Assembly: GCF_006345805.1 (NCBI RefSeq)
Contig: NC_043008.1
Span: forward strand, 11,656,001 to 11,720,000
DNA length: 64,000 bases
Origin: Octopus sinensis
Taxonomy: Eukaryota
Reading direction: 5' to 3'
Below are positions 14,307-27,210 of the stretch, piece after piece; the stretch's first letter is position 1, and each line of letters starts with the position of its first letter. A program made the translations under genes and the position numbers. The notes under the pieces were generated by a model. It worked only from the letters and a program-made list of their open reading frames with translations. It did not search any database and had not been told where the DNA came from.

Positions 14307-15295
14307 CATATGTACATGCACACATGTATAAATATTACATATATTTACACTTGTATATATTTATAATATAATATATATTTATATTATTTCTGCATCTTTA
14401 TATATATATATATATTATATATATACACATATACGGCATGTTTCTTTCAGTTTCCACCAGTCAAATCCACTCATATGCATATGGTTGGCCCGCGGCTATA
14501 TTAGAAGGCCTGAACTCGGAATACTTTGGCTGGGGAACAAAGTTTTAACCTTATAGCTTCGCTTGCACCTTACATTCATTCTATTTTCCTTCAGGATTCA
14601 CACATCACTAACTCGTTGAAATTTAAAATGGAATCAATAAAACAAGATCCTAAGAGTATTAGAGCGAAACGAAAATATATGTGATGAACAATAATCTTAA
14701 TAAGCGAGTGCGGTGTGTGTGAAAGTATTTGAGGAAAGAGGAAATTAGTATACATGAAAACATGTTGCTGTGATCCACACTCATATCTTTCCTGAAGTAT
14801 ATTTCCTAGTCATATGTACTTGTAGTTTCTGCAATAACAACGTATGTATTCGAACGGATATACGCTTCTTTACTGATATGGAAATATGCATATCTGGATG
14901 TACTCATTAATGCATAAATCTATATCCGTATCTATACGTATTTTCGTCTCTACATACGTGCACACGTACATACAAGTGTACACGTATCCGTGTTTTTGTA
15001 AGCACAAGTATCCATGTGTACGTGTGTGTGTGTGTGTGTATGCATGAAACATTTTGTAAATACATGTATGCATTGCATTTGCTTGCATGTGATAGTTCGC
15101 GTATTCACCTACATTCGTACGTGCAGTGGCACGTATCATATATATGTATAACACGTATGTGCACTCATAGACATAATTATAGAAATTCATTCATATGAGC
15201 AATCCCTTATAATCATCGGTACGCTCGTCTAAATAAAAGTGAGTGAACATGTACATTGTGATTGAAATATATATGCATGTTTGTATGTGTATGCA

Positions 15296-15363
<68 letters not shown>

Positions 15364-15452
15364 CATATGTACATGCACACATGTATAAATATTACATATA
15401 TTTACACTTGTATATATTTATAATATAATATATATTTATATTATTTCTGCAT

Positions 15453-15457
<5 letters not shown>
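13361..15457. repeat. Near-identical ~1.06-kb tandem duplication (13361-14400 and 14423-15457), each copy starting with a partial family A SINE head
   Basis: ACGGCATGTTTC at 13371 and 14433 (offset 1062); both copies end TGCATCTTTA; the only differences I saw are in the (GT)n and (TA)n tracts. Confidence 0.97.
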
Positions 15458-15535
<78 letters not shown>

Positions 15536-15549
15536 TATATATTTATATT

Positions 15550-15582
<33 letters not shown>

Positions 15583-16221
15583 CTGTATTTGCGCGTACTT
15601 ACGCACACACATACATGCATACACATATAAGTTGGAGCAAACTTTAATGTGCTTGTAATAGGAGGAAATAGTAAGCAAACATTTTATTGATGTCTGTTTA
15701 AATAGCAATTTAAGAAGAATCTAGAAAACTTTTTTTCTGATAATCGACACGTTTGAGAGAAGTAACGAATCGATTGGGTGGGAAGATACAATGAATGAAC
15801 AGAAAGAAAAGAACAGAGGCAAATTATAGAGTAGGTCTTAAATCGGCTGAGTGAGTATCTCGTCATTAGTGAATGATAATTCAGAATAGAAAAGATTTAA
15901 AGACAAAAAATTAAATCTTGCATACGTTACTTGTGTGACCAGACAAAATTTCGGTTGTGAAATGAATACGAATACCGCCTCGCAAAATTCTTTCAGAAAT
16001 GAGTTCAAACAATGTATATCGGTATTGGCTGCAAAATACAAAACATAAAAGAAAGGAAGGAAGGAAGAAATAGCGAAAGGAGGAGAGGAAGCCGAATGAA
16101 AGAAATGTGAATTCAAAGACGTTATAACAAAAGAAAGAAAGAAATATTGTTTGGCAATTAATGGTTAAGCATTATCTCAGCTTAAAGTATTTCATTTGGA
16201 AATGAAAATTAATATAAATGT

Positions 16222-16506
16222 ATCAGAGAAGTTTTCTAAGAAAACCAACGAAAGTAATAACAACAATTATTACAACGAGAGGAATAATTTCTATAGCAAT
16301 GAGAAATAGCAACAGCGGTAAGTAAAACAATAAAAAAAAAGAGCTTGGCAAAAGAAATAATGCATCAGACAAGTTTTCTAAGAAAACAACCAGAAGAGAA
16401 AGCAATAACAACCACTATTACGATGAGAGGAATAATTTCTATAGATGGAAAAACAGCAACAATATGGAATAAAACAATGTAAAGTATAGCGGCTTAGCAA
16501 AAATAA
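16222..16506. repeat. Old ~142-bp tandem duplication, 2 diverged units
   Basis: ATCAGA(G/C)AAGTTTTCTAAGAAAAC...GAGAGGAATAATTTCTATAG occurs at 16222 and 16364. Confidence 0.85.
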
Positions 16507-17991
16507 CGATAGAATTCAAAGCAGCAGCATTAGTAATAATTCGACCAATAATAATTCGACATATAGAAATAATATAGAATATTATGATTGGTTACACGCT
16601 GGAACTGCTAATATAACGTAATTGTTTAGCTCTTTGAGGGCTGCTGATAGCCAAGACGTTAGTTTTTTTTTTTTGAAAAGTTGACTTAAATGTCTACGGT
16701 TCGTATACGTTTCGCGTGGATGGTCCATCTTCATCATGAAAATTTATTTTTCAGTGTTTGCTTTAAAGACAAGTCATCCGGTGTCTATCTTGGCGCTGGT
16801 TTAATATAATAGGAATAGAAATGTTTCTCATTCTATTCTAACGCTTCTAAAATTGAAATACAGGTTGTGCATTCAGATCCTCATAATACAAATGACGGGA
16901 TATTAACAGATTAAACAGAACACCAACCAAACTTATGTATCATTCTTTCGCCTTTTTTAACTACTAGTTTCTAAAGAAAAAGCAGTGCTATTTGCCATCG
17001 CGAGACATCGGAAATTTATGAGAGTGACCACTCATAACTTTCGGTAAAGCTCTATGACTATGGAACCGCAAAGTCGTAATAGCAGTAATAACACTACTGA
17101 TATTGCGGCCAACGGTCACTTTCACGATTACAGCCAACGATTCTAGTCAACGCACAAAACAGCCATTATGTTCCCCCTCCATAAAACACCAACAACGTGG
17201 ACACTGTTGAGACTAGTAAGAAACAATTCTGCACTTTTTTATTACACTTAACTTTTAAAAATATTTTTGATAAGGTTCGTTTTCTCAAGAAGAACCGAAA
17301 CATGTAAAATCTCTAAGAAAATTAAAATTTATCTTATATAATGGTGTTTTAAAACTTCGTTTTTATAAATATATATCTATAGATACTTTTTGCGAGTTTT
17401 GATAAATATGAGGTGCTTACTCATAACACACAGATACACACACAAGCGCTCACACAGACACAAACACACATACACACGTATTCCCAGATATGGATATATT
17501 CCTCTGTTGTAACCTCTGCTGACACAAGTATACTTTGAGATCTATGCGCATACACGTTTCCATACGAATTCGTAATGTAGTAGCGTATCACGGTACAAGC
17601 CAGTCAAAGCTACAGAACTGTTTCCTATAGAAACCTGTTTCGCAAATTCCTCATCAAGTGTTCAACTTTGTGAATCTTCTATAACATCATTTCACAGTCA
17701 TGAACAAACGCGTATGGAGACTTCACAGCGAGTAGAGTCACTAGATGTGTACATGATCACAAGAGAGCTAACTAAGAACAAATCCGTCACTATATGTACA
17801 TTGTATATGTGATTACGCATACGTACATACATACATATATATATATATATATTGGAATATATGGGTGTGTGTGTGTGTGTGAATGCAGAAACAGACATAC
17901 ACACATGCACATACACGCATACAAATGACGTTTATGTATGTATATATATATGGGTACGCTTTTCTATTATATGTCCATGATTATATATGCG

Positions 17992-18067
<76 letters not shown>

Positions 18068-18959
18068 GTGTGTGTGTGTGTGACTGTGTGTGTGTATATA
18101 TGTGTGTGTGTGAGTCTCTGTGTGAATGCTTTTGTCCATATGCGTGTTTTTTTCTCTTTTGATGAATTGTACAAAGTCGAAGAATTAGAGAGTGTGGCGT
18201 TCATTCATTTCTACCATGAAATGGTAGCGCGGAGAGAAATGAAGGACTATAGTAAAACAAGCCAAGTGTTTCATTCACAGCTGAATGGACTGACGCCATA
18301 CAAAGATGATAGCGCAGAAATGAAACTGAAAGTATTAAAATATATACGATTTAAAGCATATACTGTAAATAATTTATCTGCTGCTCTCTTGTCAGAATTA
18401 CAATTTTCAATATCTTCCTTCCTGCTTCTCTGAAATTATTATGGCCGCAAAAATGTAACGTAGTAATGAAATAAAATTAAACAAATGAAAAAATATCGGT
18501 GCTAAGGAATTTCAATAAAACCTGAAACCTGTCCAAATCAGTTCGTACTCAGTTTGAATCATGCTTTAATGTTCCTCATAATTTAAGAACGAACTATATA
18601 TGGGAAGCTTTAGTGTTGCTTAACATGCAACAAATCCGTTTCGCTGTGCAAATACATCATAATTTCATCTGTTATGATCATAAACTTTAAGGAAATTTTT
18701 ACATTCATTCCATTATTCTACTTATCTTTCTATATTGATGGGAGAATACATAAAATGGGAAGGCACACGACCTTCAATATAATATGTTATTAATTATATT
18801 CTATATTCTGTTCCGTGTAGTATTCGAAGTTCGTTCGATTGTACATGACGAATAAATTTAGCTTATCGAGGGTAGAAAAAAATCCGAGTCTTGTTTCGCT
18901 GCAAATTACCAAATGAAGTTAGAAGTTAGGTAGGTACTAATGGTGTCTACAAGTAGGAT

Positions 18960-19240
18960 AGTCCTCGGCCGGTCACGACAACAGGCGTTGTATCTGATTT
19001 GATCAACTCTTCAGCATGGTCGTGAAATTAACATACAATTGGCTGAGCACTACACATATACAGGGCCACTTAGAGTTGTTCTTAGAGAGATTCCGAGGGA
19101 CACAATTTGCTACAAGGCTAGCTCTTTGAATTGCTGCAAAAACCCACTCACTTTCGCCAGCTTAGGTTACTGCAGCAATGAAAGGTAAAGTGATTTGCTC
19201 AAGGACAAACTCATGGTCTTACGATTGTGAACCAAATAGC
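18960..19240 (-). mobile_element. Diverged SINE (family C-like head, different body)
   Basis: 19145-19235 resembles 61815-61925 (ACTCA..GCCAGCT..GCAA..TTTGCTCAAGGACA..TCTTACGAT). The body resembles molluscan SINE central domains, from memory only. Confidence 0.5.
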
Positions 19241-19415
19241 TCTTGTCTTCATGGGGCTATTCTTTTGTTGTAATTTTTGAGGAAATTGATGCTCTGGGCG
19301 GCTGTACACCATACATCCGTTGCTGCAACGGTCAATATGGAGATTTTTAGGTTTGTCCTGTGTTTTATAGAATGTATGTAGTTGCTGAACCAGTGCAACA
19401 TCACCGAGTCATATA

Positions 19416-19624
19416 TACTCTTTACTCTTTACGTGTTTCAGACATTTGACTGCGGCCACGCCGGAGCACCGCCTTTAGTCGAGCAAATTGACCCCAGGAC
19501 TTGGTCTTTGTAAGCCGAGAACTTATTCTATTGGTCTCTTTTGCCGAACCGCTAAGTTACGGGGACGCCTCACTTGTCAAGTGATGTTGGGAGGACGAAC
19601 ACATGCACAAACATATACACACAC

Positions 19625-19672
<48 letters not shown>

Positions 19673-19835
19673 GACGGGCTTCTTTCAGTTTCCGTCTATC
19701 AAATCCACTCACAAGGCTTCGGTCGGCCCGAGGCTAGAGTAGAAATCACTTGCCCAAGGTGCCACGCAGTGGGACTGAATCCGTAACTATGCGGTTGGTA
19801 AGCAAGCCACTTACCACACAGCCACTCCTACGCCT
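19416..19835 (-). mobile_element. SINE family A, full length
   Basis: Minus strand: AGGCGTAGGAGTGGCTGTGTGGTAAG, B-box GATTCAGTCC, CORE-like CACCTTGGGCAAGTG, internal (TA)n, tail GCTCCGGCGTGGCCGCAGTCAAATGTCTGAAAC plus (TAAAGAG) repeats. Confidence 0.92.
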
Positions 19836-22762
19836 ATGTGTCTAAGTATTTTCAATCTTCATGTATGATTTCGAATTTAAATTCCGCCAATGTTAAACTT
19901 CCATATCTAGACAGATATAGAATATAATCTCTACCTAGACACATACTACAGTTAATTCCACCAACTGTGAATTTCTCAGGCTAATATTTGTAGCGCTAAT
20001 ATCAGAGGGTTAACATGATTAAGAACACTTTGTGCAAATATATAAATATTAGATATTGTTGTAGCTGACAAGCCTGCATAGCAGTATAATTATATTCTAC
20101 GAATGTAAAACTACTGTAGTTCGCTTATATTAAGAAGTTATTTTCTGTGGTGGTGCAGTATAGTATTAACACAAATGAGACTGTTAACACATTAATAATT
20201 CATTAATCAATCTCGATGCCTGAAATGCTTTTTCTACGCAAATCGGGTGCGCCCTGAGTTAACAATAAATTTCTCTGAGGGCACGATGGTATATTAAAAA
20301 GTAACTAGTTCTCAAAGTTGTGTAGTGTTCGTGCATAGTTTAGTGTATAGGGTGCTGCATTCGCGATTACAAGATCAAGTTTTCGAATCCAATATTGGGT
20401 AGTGCGTTGTGTTCTTTGGCTGTGAGTAACCCGTGGATAACTGTCGACCTCTTCAAGACAAATAATGTGATCTTGTTAACTTATACGTTTTTGAAACCGG
20501 ATAATCCCCAACCCCTGCGATCGTAAAAATACAGAGGTTGATGATGACAATGATGAGGATAAGTCTTTGCGTTTACTGAATATAGTGTCAGCTAAAATCC
20601 ATAGATATATTCGGTTGTTAAATGTTGTACTGTATCCTCACAAAGCCTTGCTATAAAGGGAATATGTTGTTAAAAGATGATGAAAATTAATGAGAAAGCA
20701 CATGAAGAAATTGGTAGATTGTGGTGAACAGATAAAAAGGGGGAAAGAGAAAAGGAACAGGAAAGTGAGGGCGACGAAGCGAGAGAGTGTGGGTGACAAA
20801 ACGCACACGAGAGCGAGAGAGCGAGAGAGAAAGAGAGATGAGGATAGAGGAAGAGAGATGGAGAGAGTGGAAGAGAATGTGTGACAGAAATACAGAGAAA
20901 TGTCAGAGATGTGTTGACACAGGAACTTTTGCAAACGATACTAAATCATTTACTTCTTCAAGTATAATCCAAATATAAAATCCATTTTAAACCTTTGGAA
21001 TTTTATTGCCAAGTTCGCCCCTAGTAAACTAATTCATCGATATCATTTAACTTTACATTTGAAGATGCTTTTATTCCCTTCCAACCTAAAAGTTCTTAGA
21101 GATTCCATTGATGTATGGCTGTCATTTCATTTTACACGATTTTCATTAAATGTAGGAAAGGTAAGTTTTATTTCAATATGTATGTGTTTATATCGATGCA
21201 CTCATGCATATATCTATCTAGATATCTCTCTAACAAACAACACATACACAAAAATAAATATATGAAAGTGTATATATGGCTGTAGCCAGAGTGTATACCT
21301 ATATCACACATATGTATCGGCCATTAATCAATATACATTCCCATTAATTTTTGTACAGAAGATTATTAAAGTTTGTATGGATCACGAAATTTTAACTTCT
21401 CGCTCTTTTTAAATGTATTAAATCTACATTTTATGCACGCTTTACCTGCGTTTTTTTCTTCTCTTCCGTTTCATCTCTCGCTCGGTTTTGCAGATGCGTA
21501 TTTATTCTCAACTTTTTCAAATAATTATCTCCACTTATAGTCGTATTTTACGAGAGAACTCTTTTAACATCACAAGCATTGCAAAAATATTTTAATCTGT
21601 TTTAGTAGAACTGTTAAAGGCAGTGAGCTGTCAAAAATCTCTGGAAAGCATGAGAATATTCCTTGTGTGGTTTTCTTCTGATTCTTTACGTTCTAAGTTC
21701 AAATAGTACTACGATCAATTTTCATACTCGGTTCCACAAACAACACTCCTCTCCGCTTAATCCACTGCTCTTGTTCCCAAATTTCAAACTATTTTACAAA
21801 AGCAGATGTCCTCGTTCTTGTTTCCGCTGTTGTTGCTTTTGTTATATAGCCTGAAGCCCGCTCTGGTCGAATCTCTAATGAAAGCCATTCCTTCTAAGGT
21901 CAACTGACGTTGACCAAATGTATTTCCGTCCTAAGACACTACAATGTGTTAACAGAAGAATACTTTCTGGTTACTTGTGGCAGCTTGCGCAGCCATTTGA
22001 AGAACTCTTGTTACTGCGAAGATTTTGCCGTTGGTGTTGTGGTCGATGTCAACGAGTGGAATCTGTAGCGCTACGGATGTTGATGTAATTACTTATGTGT
22101 TTTGCGACTGATGGTTGAATTGCACCGGATTTTCGGTTTCGATAGTTTAAATACTACGTAAGTGCTGAAGTGGAATCCATTTTCTGATTATATAATTCTC
22201 CGAGCGTTTCTATCTTTCAGAAATCCTCGCCATTATCATTCCTGTTTAGTCTTGTGGCTTGGCCAAAGTTGTAAAAATCTCGGACAAGCTGTCCTGTAGT
22301 ACCTAGCTATGAGTCTTTATATAGTTACGACTCTTTCTTTATATAGTTGTCTCTTTCTTCTCACAAGTTGTTTTTATTTTGTTTTTTATCATGATTGGTT
22401 ATTGATTAATAACGACAACTCTACGATCAAATATAACTTTTAAAAGATTTTCTGACACAACTTTTAGATAAAATCTTTTTCAAACATCCGCTTCTCTTAG
22501 TTTCCTGACTTAGTCTTAGTAATCATTCACTGACTATCATAGCATTGAATTTTTGTCCGAGTAATTTTCATTATATTTCAATTCTCTATTACTGTCTATG
22601 TAAATCGACAGATCCGTAAAACTTTCGTACCAAAATGCTATGAGGTTTATACAAAATAGTTCCCATGATGCACTTCTTAAATTCTTCTTTTATTTCTCCT
22701 AAGAATTTTCTTGCCCTTCCCTATTTTATACTTATATATTGTATACACACACACACGCGCAC

Positions 22763-22821
<59 letters not shown>

Positions 22822-22822
22822 A

Positions 22823-23184
22823 TTATAATTTAGGGTATCTAAGAGATACCCTCACGCTGGAAATAGTAGCCAAAACTTGACTCTAAAATGTGCTGAGTAT
22901 ATTCCCCTGATGAAGGCAGAGCATTTTTATGCAGATCCAGAAATCCGGGATCTGGAATTATCCAGCATTTTTTTTTTTTTGTTAGTATATTTTGTCTCTT
23001 GTCTTCTCTTCTGGTGCTGTTTGAACATTTAATGTGGTTTTAGAGTCATGTTTTGGCTGTTATTTCCAGCGTGGTGGTATCTCTTAGATACCCTAAATTA
23101 TAACATTAATAATTATTACCTTTGAAGGTTTTTATTCCCATGTTTGACACCTGATAAGATCGGTATTTAAATAACGATCTTATC
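22823..23184. mobile_element. Foldback element (66-bp inverted arms plus unique tail), probable Penelope-like pLTR relic
   Basis: Arms at 22823-22888 and 23038-23103 are reverse complements with few mismatches. The spacer holds a hammerhead-like motif, the tail ends in a 32-bp palindrome, and (CA)n/(TA)n tracts flank it. Confidence 0.7.
22891..22967 (+). ncRNA. Putative type I hammerhead ribozyme (one stem I mismatch)
   Basis: attccc-CTGATGA-agg..gcat(tttt)atgc..cca-GAAA-tcc(g)gga-TC-tggaat. Both core boxes are in order, stem III is near-palindromic and almost loopless, and stem I attcc/ggaat is extended by tgctg/cagca. Confidence 0.6.
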
Positions 23185-23186
23185 CT

Positions 23187-23224
<38 letters not shown>

Positions 23225-23264
23225 TACATATAAATGTATGTGTATATATGTATAAATATATATA

Positions 23265-23315
<51 letters not shown>

Positions 23316-23929
23316 GCTATATATATTATTAATATATATATATTATTATAACAATATATATTACACACAGACACATATATTTCTCATGTTATCTGAGTCT
23401 GTGGGTGAAGATTACACAGTGTCTATATTGGACTGTCTGCGTATTCTAAGCATCCTCACAATTTTCATTGTTCTTCTTTGATCATTTAATGGCACGCACA
23501 TTAACAGAGAAACTATTACTCAGAAGTTAGGTTATACTATAATAATTACATTTGTTTTGCCTTCCAATCCTATTCCAAAAGCATTTTTCGATGTTACGCA
23601 TATTGTTTGTTCCTTCCATCATTCATTCCAAAATATTTATGTGTTTCTGTGACTACTTTATCGATTCTTTTGTGTTATGCCGTTTAATGATATTTTTTCC
23701 ATTCATTTTTAGCTTGGCATTTTCACACATATCAAGTCGTCCTATGTTTATGTAAATATCGTTATTGTTACACTCATTTACTAATGCTTTCGGCTTCATA
23801 AAAGCCATTAATTTCCTTCTTGCTATTTTTGTCGATTCTTCATTTTTCTCTTACTTTTTTTCCTGTTTCGAGGCTTTTTTCTTTTAATTTTTCTTCGCTT
23901 TCATTTGCTTCAATTTCTGTCGCCACTTC

Positions 23930-24561
23930 TCTTTCTTTCTTCTTCTTTCTTTCTTTCTTTTTTTCTTTCTTTCTTTCTTCTTCTTCTCTTTTTCTTCTTC
24001 TTCTTCTTCTTCTTCTCTTCCTCGTCCACCTCGTCATCCTCCTCCTTTTCCTTCTCTCCTCCTCCTCCTTCTTCTCCCCTCTTCTTCCTCCTCCATCCTT
24101 TTCTCCTCCTCCGCCTTCTTCTTTTTCTTCTTCTTCTTCTGCTACCTCCTCCTCCACCTCTTCTTCATCTTCTTCCACCTCTTCTTCTTCCACCTCCTCC
24201 ACTTCTTCTTCTTCTTCTTCTTCTTCTTCTCATTCCACCTCTTCTTCCTCCTCCTCATCCGCCTCCACCTTGCTTTCTCCTCCTCCGCCTTCTTCTTTTT
24301 CTTCTTCTTCCACCTCTTCTTCTTCCCCCTCCTCCTCCCCTCCTACTTCCTTTTCTCCTCCTCCGCCTTCTTCTTTTTCTTCTTCTACTTCTTCCTCCTC
24401 CTCCTCCTCCACCACTTCTTCTTCTTCTTCTTCCACCTCCTCTTCCTCCTTCTCCTCCTCCACCTCATCTTCTTCTTCTTCTTCTCTTCTTCTTCTTCCT
24501 CCTCCTCCACCTCTTGTTGTTGTTGTTCTTCTTCTTGTTCTTCTTGTTCTTCTTGTTCTTC
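23930..24561. repeat. Compound (CTT/CCT)n polypyrimidine tract
   Basis: Direct reading; the sub-block TTCTCCTCCTCCGCCTTCTTCTTTTTCTTCTTCT recurs three times. Confidence 0.96.
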
Positions 24562-24923
24562 TTCTATTGTCTCCGCACAGCTTCTAACCCTGGAGATGTC
24601 CTACGGTGTCAGCTGTTCACTACCAGTGATCCACGGTACGGCCCTTATTTTTCGAGCACCATCTGGAGGATTCGAGCGGTTCCATGCAATGCTGTTTTCT
24701 GAAAGTGCTCCACACTTATTGCAGCCCCTATTTCTTCCATGTACTTCTCAAGATTTTTACACTCTCTACCCTGGCCTCTGACAATTATTGGTACTACTAC
24801 CACCTTTTTCATCGACACGACTGATTAACCTCCCAAGCTAACCTGTTATATCTATCGACTATTCTTTCTTCCTTATCGTATACTTGTTGTCAGCTGAGCA
24901 TGCTATATCAATGAGCCAACATC

Positions 24924-24924
<1 letters not shown>
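24562..24924 (-). mobile_element. R4/Dong LINE 3' end (RLE endonuclease C-terminus and 3'UTR)
   Basis: Minus-strand peptides RCWLIDIACSADNK..IVDRYNRLAWEV..VVVVPIIV..EHFQKTALHGTARILQMVLEK*, then a short UTR running into (AAG)n. Confidence 0.82.
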
Positions 24925-24976
<52 letters not shown>

Positions 24977-25006
24977 GTTATTATTATCATCATCATTATT
25001 ATTATT

Positions 25007-25420
25007 GAGTAAGTGAGAGAGCAGTGCATGCCATAAAAGTGACACTGGGGTAAAATACACGAAGCACAGTATACCCATTATGACTGCCCGTCTAATAAGT
25101 GTACACCAGGCACATGCATCACAACTATATGTACGCGACATGGTGATCTCATATCAAGATAAACAGAGCATGACATTGCAGGTGGGTCTCAGTTAGAATT
25201 TTCTTCTGGTCGAGTAGCCCATCCCGCTGAAATGGTCCCTGAATAAGAACTGTTTAAGGATGTTAAACGAACCACCCATGTTTCCAAAAGTGAATTATCC
25301 AAACCGACAAGAATTCCTTTCAGCACATGGCTATGATGCTCCTCCACTACTTCTGCTCGTGATCAGAGATGTACATATCGTCAGCCACCTTGGGACATGC
25401 TCAACTGGTTAAGGTCAAAC
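25007..25420 (-). mobile_element. 5'-truncated copy of the 555-bp (AAT)n-associated retroposon
   Basis: Reverse complement of the 3' ~415 bp of 63382-63936, ending CTCTCTCACTTACTC followed by (AAT)n. Confidence 0.92.
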
Positions 25421-26590
25421 TTTAGCAGCTTTTAATAAACTTCCTTCACTATTACCTACATAGGAGTCTATATCTACTCTAGCTAACTCCACGCAGTCTT
25501 CCACTGATATTAACCCTCTTCTCCTTCCTTTCTATGTAGGTATAACCTTGCCACTCATATCCTTGTGTGGATATTGACTTCTTTCCTAGTTCTTTTGTCT
25601 GGGTTTACTAATTCAGTTTTTGTCCTATCTACAAAATGTACTGACCTTCTAAGTAATGATACTGCCCAAATATTTACAGCTTTCACTAGAGTCGGACCGG
25701 TTTGCTTTGACTTCGGATGTACGCCTACTCAATTTTCGCTAACATTTCTGTAGTTAGTACTCTGTTAGATACTAATACTCCTAGATACTTATAACTCTCT
25801 CCACCTTTCAAGGATTTTAATGCCTAGCCATCTGGTAATTGGACGTCTTCACTGTTGATTACTTGTCCCCCTTCTCGCCACTAATATTGCACACTTATCT
25901 ATGCCAAATTCCATGTCTGTAACTTTGATAAAGTGTCTTACAGTCTGTATTAAGGAATCTATCTCTTTTTCATCCTTACTAAAAAGCATTAGATCATCCC
26001 TGTAGAGCAAATGGTTAATTTTACCATTACTATTTCTGAACAGATACCCTGCCTTTGCCTTCCTTGAAACTAAACTCTGATCAAACATAAGACAAATATT
26101 AAAGGTTAAAGAAGCCCTCTGGAAAATTCCTCTTTTAACGTTAACTTTCCCTAAGAGTGTGTCACCTGTGTAGAGATCTACTTTCCATTTCTTCATGCTA
26201 AAGCTAATTAATTCCACAGGCTTGCCTATAGTCTATCCATGCTATTGTTAGATTTTTCTTTCTAGCTTTTCATTCATTTAGAACTGCTTTATTTACATAT
26301 AATAGATCATGCGTTCCTTTATCCTTCTTCCTGCAAACTTTCTGTTCTCCTGATAATAAATTCTGGTTGTCAAGGTGCTCGTAAATTCTTTCTGAAAGCA
26401 TTCCTGTTAACAGTTTCCACATTAATGGTAAGCAAGTTATTAGTCTATAGTTGCTGGCTGTACCACCCACCTTGCCCTTATCTTCCATAATGACTATTGT
26501 CCTCCCACTAGTAATCCAATCTGGTATTATTCCTTATTTAAGGGAACCCTTAAGTTGCTTCTGTAAACTACCAAATTTCTCTTGCTAGTA
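25421..26590 (-). mobile_element. R4/Dong LINE reverse transcriptase region (decayed)
   Basis: SNYRLITCLPLMWKLLTG..EQKVCRK..AWIDY; KRGIFQ..INHLLYRDDLMLF..EFGIDKCA; YKYLGV; RKEGRRGLISVEDCV. Frameshifted. Confidence 0.92.
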
Positions 26591-27210
26591 CCCTTCAACT
26601 ATATTTTAAGAAATACTGGATTTACAATCATTCATGGTGTGAATATATTTTAGGCAAGACCCAGTATATATTCATATATCTAGTTTTCAGAAACTAATTC
26701 TGAAATTCTGTTAATCACTGCGAAGCTAATGAAAACACAGACACCACAGAATGAATTAATACTAAAGTTAAGTAACAGGAACAACGAAATAAGCAATAAA
26801 TAACAAAAGGACTGCATTTCTTGATTAGGAATATAAACAGATGAGAAATTACTACGACTTTAATGAAAGTAAAATATTTGGTGTTATTGTTGTGCTTTAT
26901 ATTGTTCGTTTACGTATTTAATTATTGCTGTACAGAAAACAGTGATTAACAGTAACATGAAGCTTATGAAGTTGCTTAACTGAAAATGGCGTAAAATAAT
27001 CTAGTTACACAGACATACGCGCGTATAATAACTCTTTCTACTATATGCACAAGGCCTGAAATTTTATGGGAGTTGATTACATCGATCTCATGCTCAATTG
27101 CTACTTATTTATGTACTTGGAAATACTGAAAGGTAAGGTCTGTCATGTGGTAATTTGAATATAAAACCTAAATCCATAAAAAAATGGCACACAGTTTAAA
27201 TCTAATGGTC

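Noticed and set aside
16640-17385. Possible non-autonomous Helitron-like or other DNA element
   Set aside because: Only a vague terminal resemblance; no second copy, subterminal hairpin or coding motif that I could verify.
19760-19835. tRNA-like sequences with A and B boxes (here and in other SINE heads)
   Set aside because: They continue into SINE bodies and lack a complete cloverleaf, so they are not tRNA genes.
23820-24702. Ser-, Leu- and Glu-rich ORFs of up to 265 aa
   Set aside because: Translations of the (CTT/CCT)n tract.
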